DNA of 64,000 bases. It comes from Lama glama (taxonomy: Eukaryota). Location: positions 29,388,001 to 29,452,000 of the forward strand of contig CM052829.1 in assembly GCA_028534125.1 (NCBI GenBank), given 5' to 3'. The notes beneath the pieces are model-generated. The model had not been told where the DNA came from, ran no database searches, and saw only the letters and a program-made list of their open reading frames with translations. Below, in pieces: positions 61,495 to 64,000 of the stretch (positions within the stretch are counted from its first letter, which is position 1; each line of letters begins with the position of its first letter). Both the position numbers and the translations under genes were made by a program.

Positions 61495-64000
61495 GTTGAG
61501 TTATTAAGTTCTATTTTCCTTAGCTCATGAACTTCAGACACATTAAAATTAGTTGCTTTATTCAGAAAATAAAATTCCTAAACATATACTATGGGCCAAC
61601 TACTCTGCTTGTCATACAAAATATTTATCTCATTTTTTAAAACAACCTAAGTGTGTCATATTTCTTCTTTTTTAGGGCTGAAGAAGGCATTAAAAATTTC
61701 CTCCTAGAGTTTTGTTATTGCTATATACAACTCCTCTACGTCATATACTGTATATTACAAAGTGGTGTTTTCCATATTTTTTAGGATAATATACAAATCA
61801 CTCTATTTTTTGTGTCTGATTAATGCTGTTGCTAAGTAAACATTTTTATGAAAAATAAAGTTTGTTTTTACAGTAGGAGATTATTCTCTTATTTTTTTCC
61901 TTCTATAAATTTAAAAAAATGCCTTTATTTTACACTTTTTCCAAGTATAGATAGTTATCTATAGAAAGTAGTTTACTTTTTAAGTGTTATTTAAAGTATA
62001 ACACATATGCGAATATGTAATATGAGATGAAGTGCATTGACTGACTATAATTCCATGTTTCTTCTAACACAGTTAATATTATTACATAAAAATTTAAGAG
62101 AAAAACACTAAAGAGTCTCTAAATTTTCAATTCCCCATATTTTGAGAATTAGGTTTCATAAGACATTCAGTAGGACTTATCTATTGGAAAAATGGTTATT
62201 TTTGTCTTTCTTTCCATGTCACTTTGGTATTATGTTCTTTTAAAAATCAAACAATTTCCTTAGCATTATTGTAGAGAGGATGCAAATATTATTAGAATTA
62301 TCTGATGAACTTCAGTCAGACTCTTGAGAGCAGTGGAGATGATATATTTTGGTTTAATTTGATGATGTCCTCAGTATTGTTCTGATGGTACTGGGTAAAT
62401 ATTACTGTGACTCTGCAGGAGAGCTGAATGAGCCACGCACCCCCTGTCATTCTGTATCCCCTGAGTCCAAGCATGTCATTTGAACAACACAGCCAGTAAG
62501 CCAAAAGAGCTGACAGTTGGTTTGTGATTATTCCTGGACCTGAGGCTCCCTCATGTTACAGTACTAATCAAGTCATCTCACCAACTTATCATTAACTCAA
62601 TCTGACCCGTGGGAGCAGAGATGAAATCTTTTTGGCAAGACTAATGATGCTGTAAGATTGAAAAGATGTGCAGTGTAAAACCTTGATTATCCTCAGTCAT
62701 TTCCATGAGGAAAAGAATAAAAAATGCAAAGCATCAATAGAGAAAAGTAAAGACAATGTCTTCCAAAGACCTTAAGTTTTTCCTCCCCCAAGGTATGCCA
62801 ATGTTTTCTTCCTTTTTTTAAATTCACCTTTGTTCAGAAATTTCATCTCAATTATTTTTCATTTTACACTAACAAATATTTTCTCTGGCAGTCAGGAAAT
62901 TCACTTTCCTTGCATTTGTTTTGATAAATGAAATGGAAATTGTGCTTTGCAGTCAGCTTTTAGGATTCCTGATGAAAAGGCAGCCAGGAGCACGAAGCTC
63001 CCTGTCATGCTTCAGTGTTCTTAGTTTGTGACATCTTTGACAAGATTTCCTTTTCTTCTTGGCATGAGCTTTGGGACATCTTCTGTTTCTCTCTGACTGA
63101 CAGCTGGATAATAAGTTTTATCATTAAAAACTGATTCTAGGGAAATGTGATCCCTGCCCTTGATTCTCTTCTAGCTGCTAAAGCTTTTATTTTCACAATG
63201 CTTTCAGAATAACTAGAGATTATTGCTACAAAAGGACCTGGATATTGACCTGTCATGTTACGTGTTGTTTAGCAAATTCCAAAAAATTGAATTCCCTTTT
63301 ATCTGTTATCTAGAACCACTTATTAACCCATCTTGTTGTTGAGAAGTGTCAAAGTCAACAGATCTGTCTATTCATGTTGCCTTAGTTTTTCTTAATCTTC
63401 AGAAAATTATTACATAGTTCTTCATTCTGTCCTATCCAAGTTGGGTTAAATATTTGACACAGATACTATTAAAGGCATATATCCCATTCTTGATTCTGTT
63501 TAGAATTTAAGTAAGAAGTAATATAACTAGAAGTAGAAGAAGTAAATAACTTCTTTATTTACCTGGTAATTGTGTATTACTGGTCATAGATTTGATATGT
63601 AAATTTTCTATTTCCTTTTATTTCTTCTTGATTTCATGTGGCCTTTCTCACTTTAACAACTAGGAAATAGGTGAATAATAAAAGGAAAATGAAATGGGAA
63701 AAGTTAATAAACCTGGCTGATCAACATTTGGAAGGAAATATAAGGACAACCACCTAATACTGATGATTCTCAATACATCCTAGGAATATTGGAAGTCAGT
63801 GAATTGAAGAGAGTGTTATGCCAGTTTGGTTGCACATCTTTCCACAGGGCACTTAATAAAAGAAAAGATTCATCAGCCAAAAAGTAGAATCGAAAATGAG
63901 TAGACATTGCTTAAAGTTTCAGTTATTTTACCTGCTTCTTAATGTTCTCTCTGCCCACTACTCCCACCCACTCTTCTCCACATGTATCACCTGTGGCCTT

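Noticed and set aside
1-64000. Prokaryotic-type systems (CRISPR arrays, operons, defence islands), tRNA/rRNA genes, CpG-island promoter
   Set aside because: None were seen; the sequence is mammalian non-coding DNA with no regularly spaced repeats or dense ORFs.

Overview
AT-rich, CpG-depleted mammalian genomic DNA with no CpG island and four short N-gaps. It reads as a large intron (or gene desert) filled with ancient interspersed repeats: L2, MIR, L3/CR1, old L1M, MaLR/ERVL LTRs (MLT1, MLT2), and hAT and Tigger DNA-transposon relics. A few younger L1 fragments resemble the camelid (Camelus/Vicugna) L1 3' end, so the source is probably a camelid or other cetartiodactyl. There is no complete gene, and nearly all listed ORFs are chance, repeat-derived or N-spanning. 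The most interesting signal is a set of + strand ATG-to-splice-donor segments in unique sequence (23714-23885 best, then 14099-14153, weaker 16435-16480 and 43603-43615). All can end in intron phase 1, as expected for alternative first coding exons of a large gene whose shared exon lies outside the window. I could not identify that gene. Other points of note are an orphan L1 5'-UTR fragment, a dense transcription-factor motif cluster at about 54.3 kb, two hairpin-forming loci and several nested transposon insertions. Repeat family names are recalled from consensus sequences, not database hits, and old-repeat boundaries are approximate. I found no evidence of a wholly new biological system.
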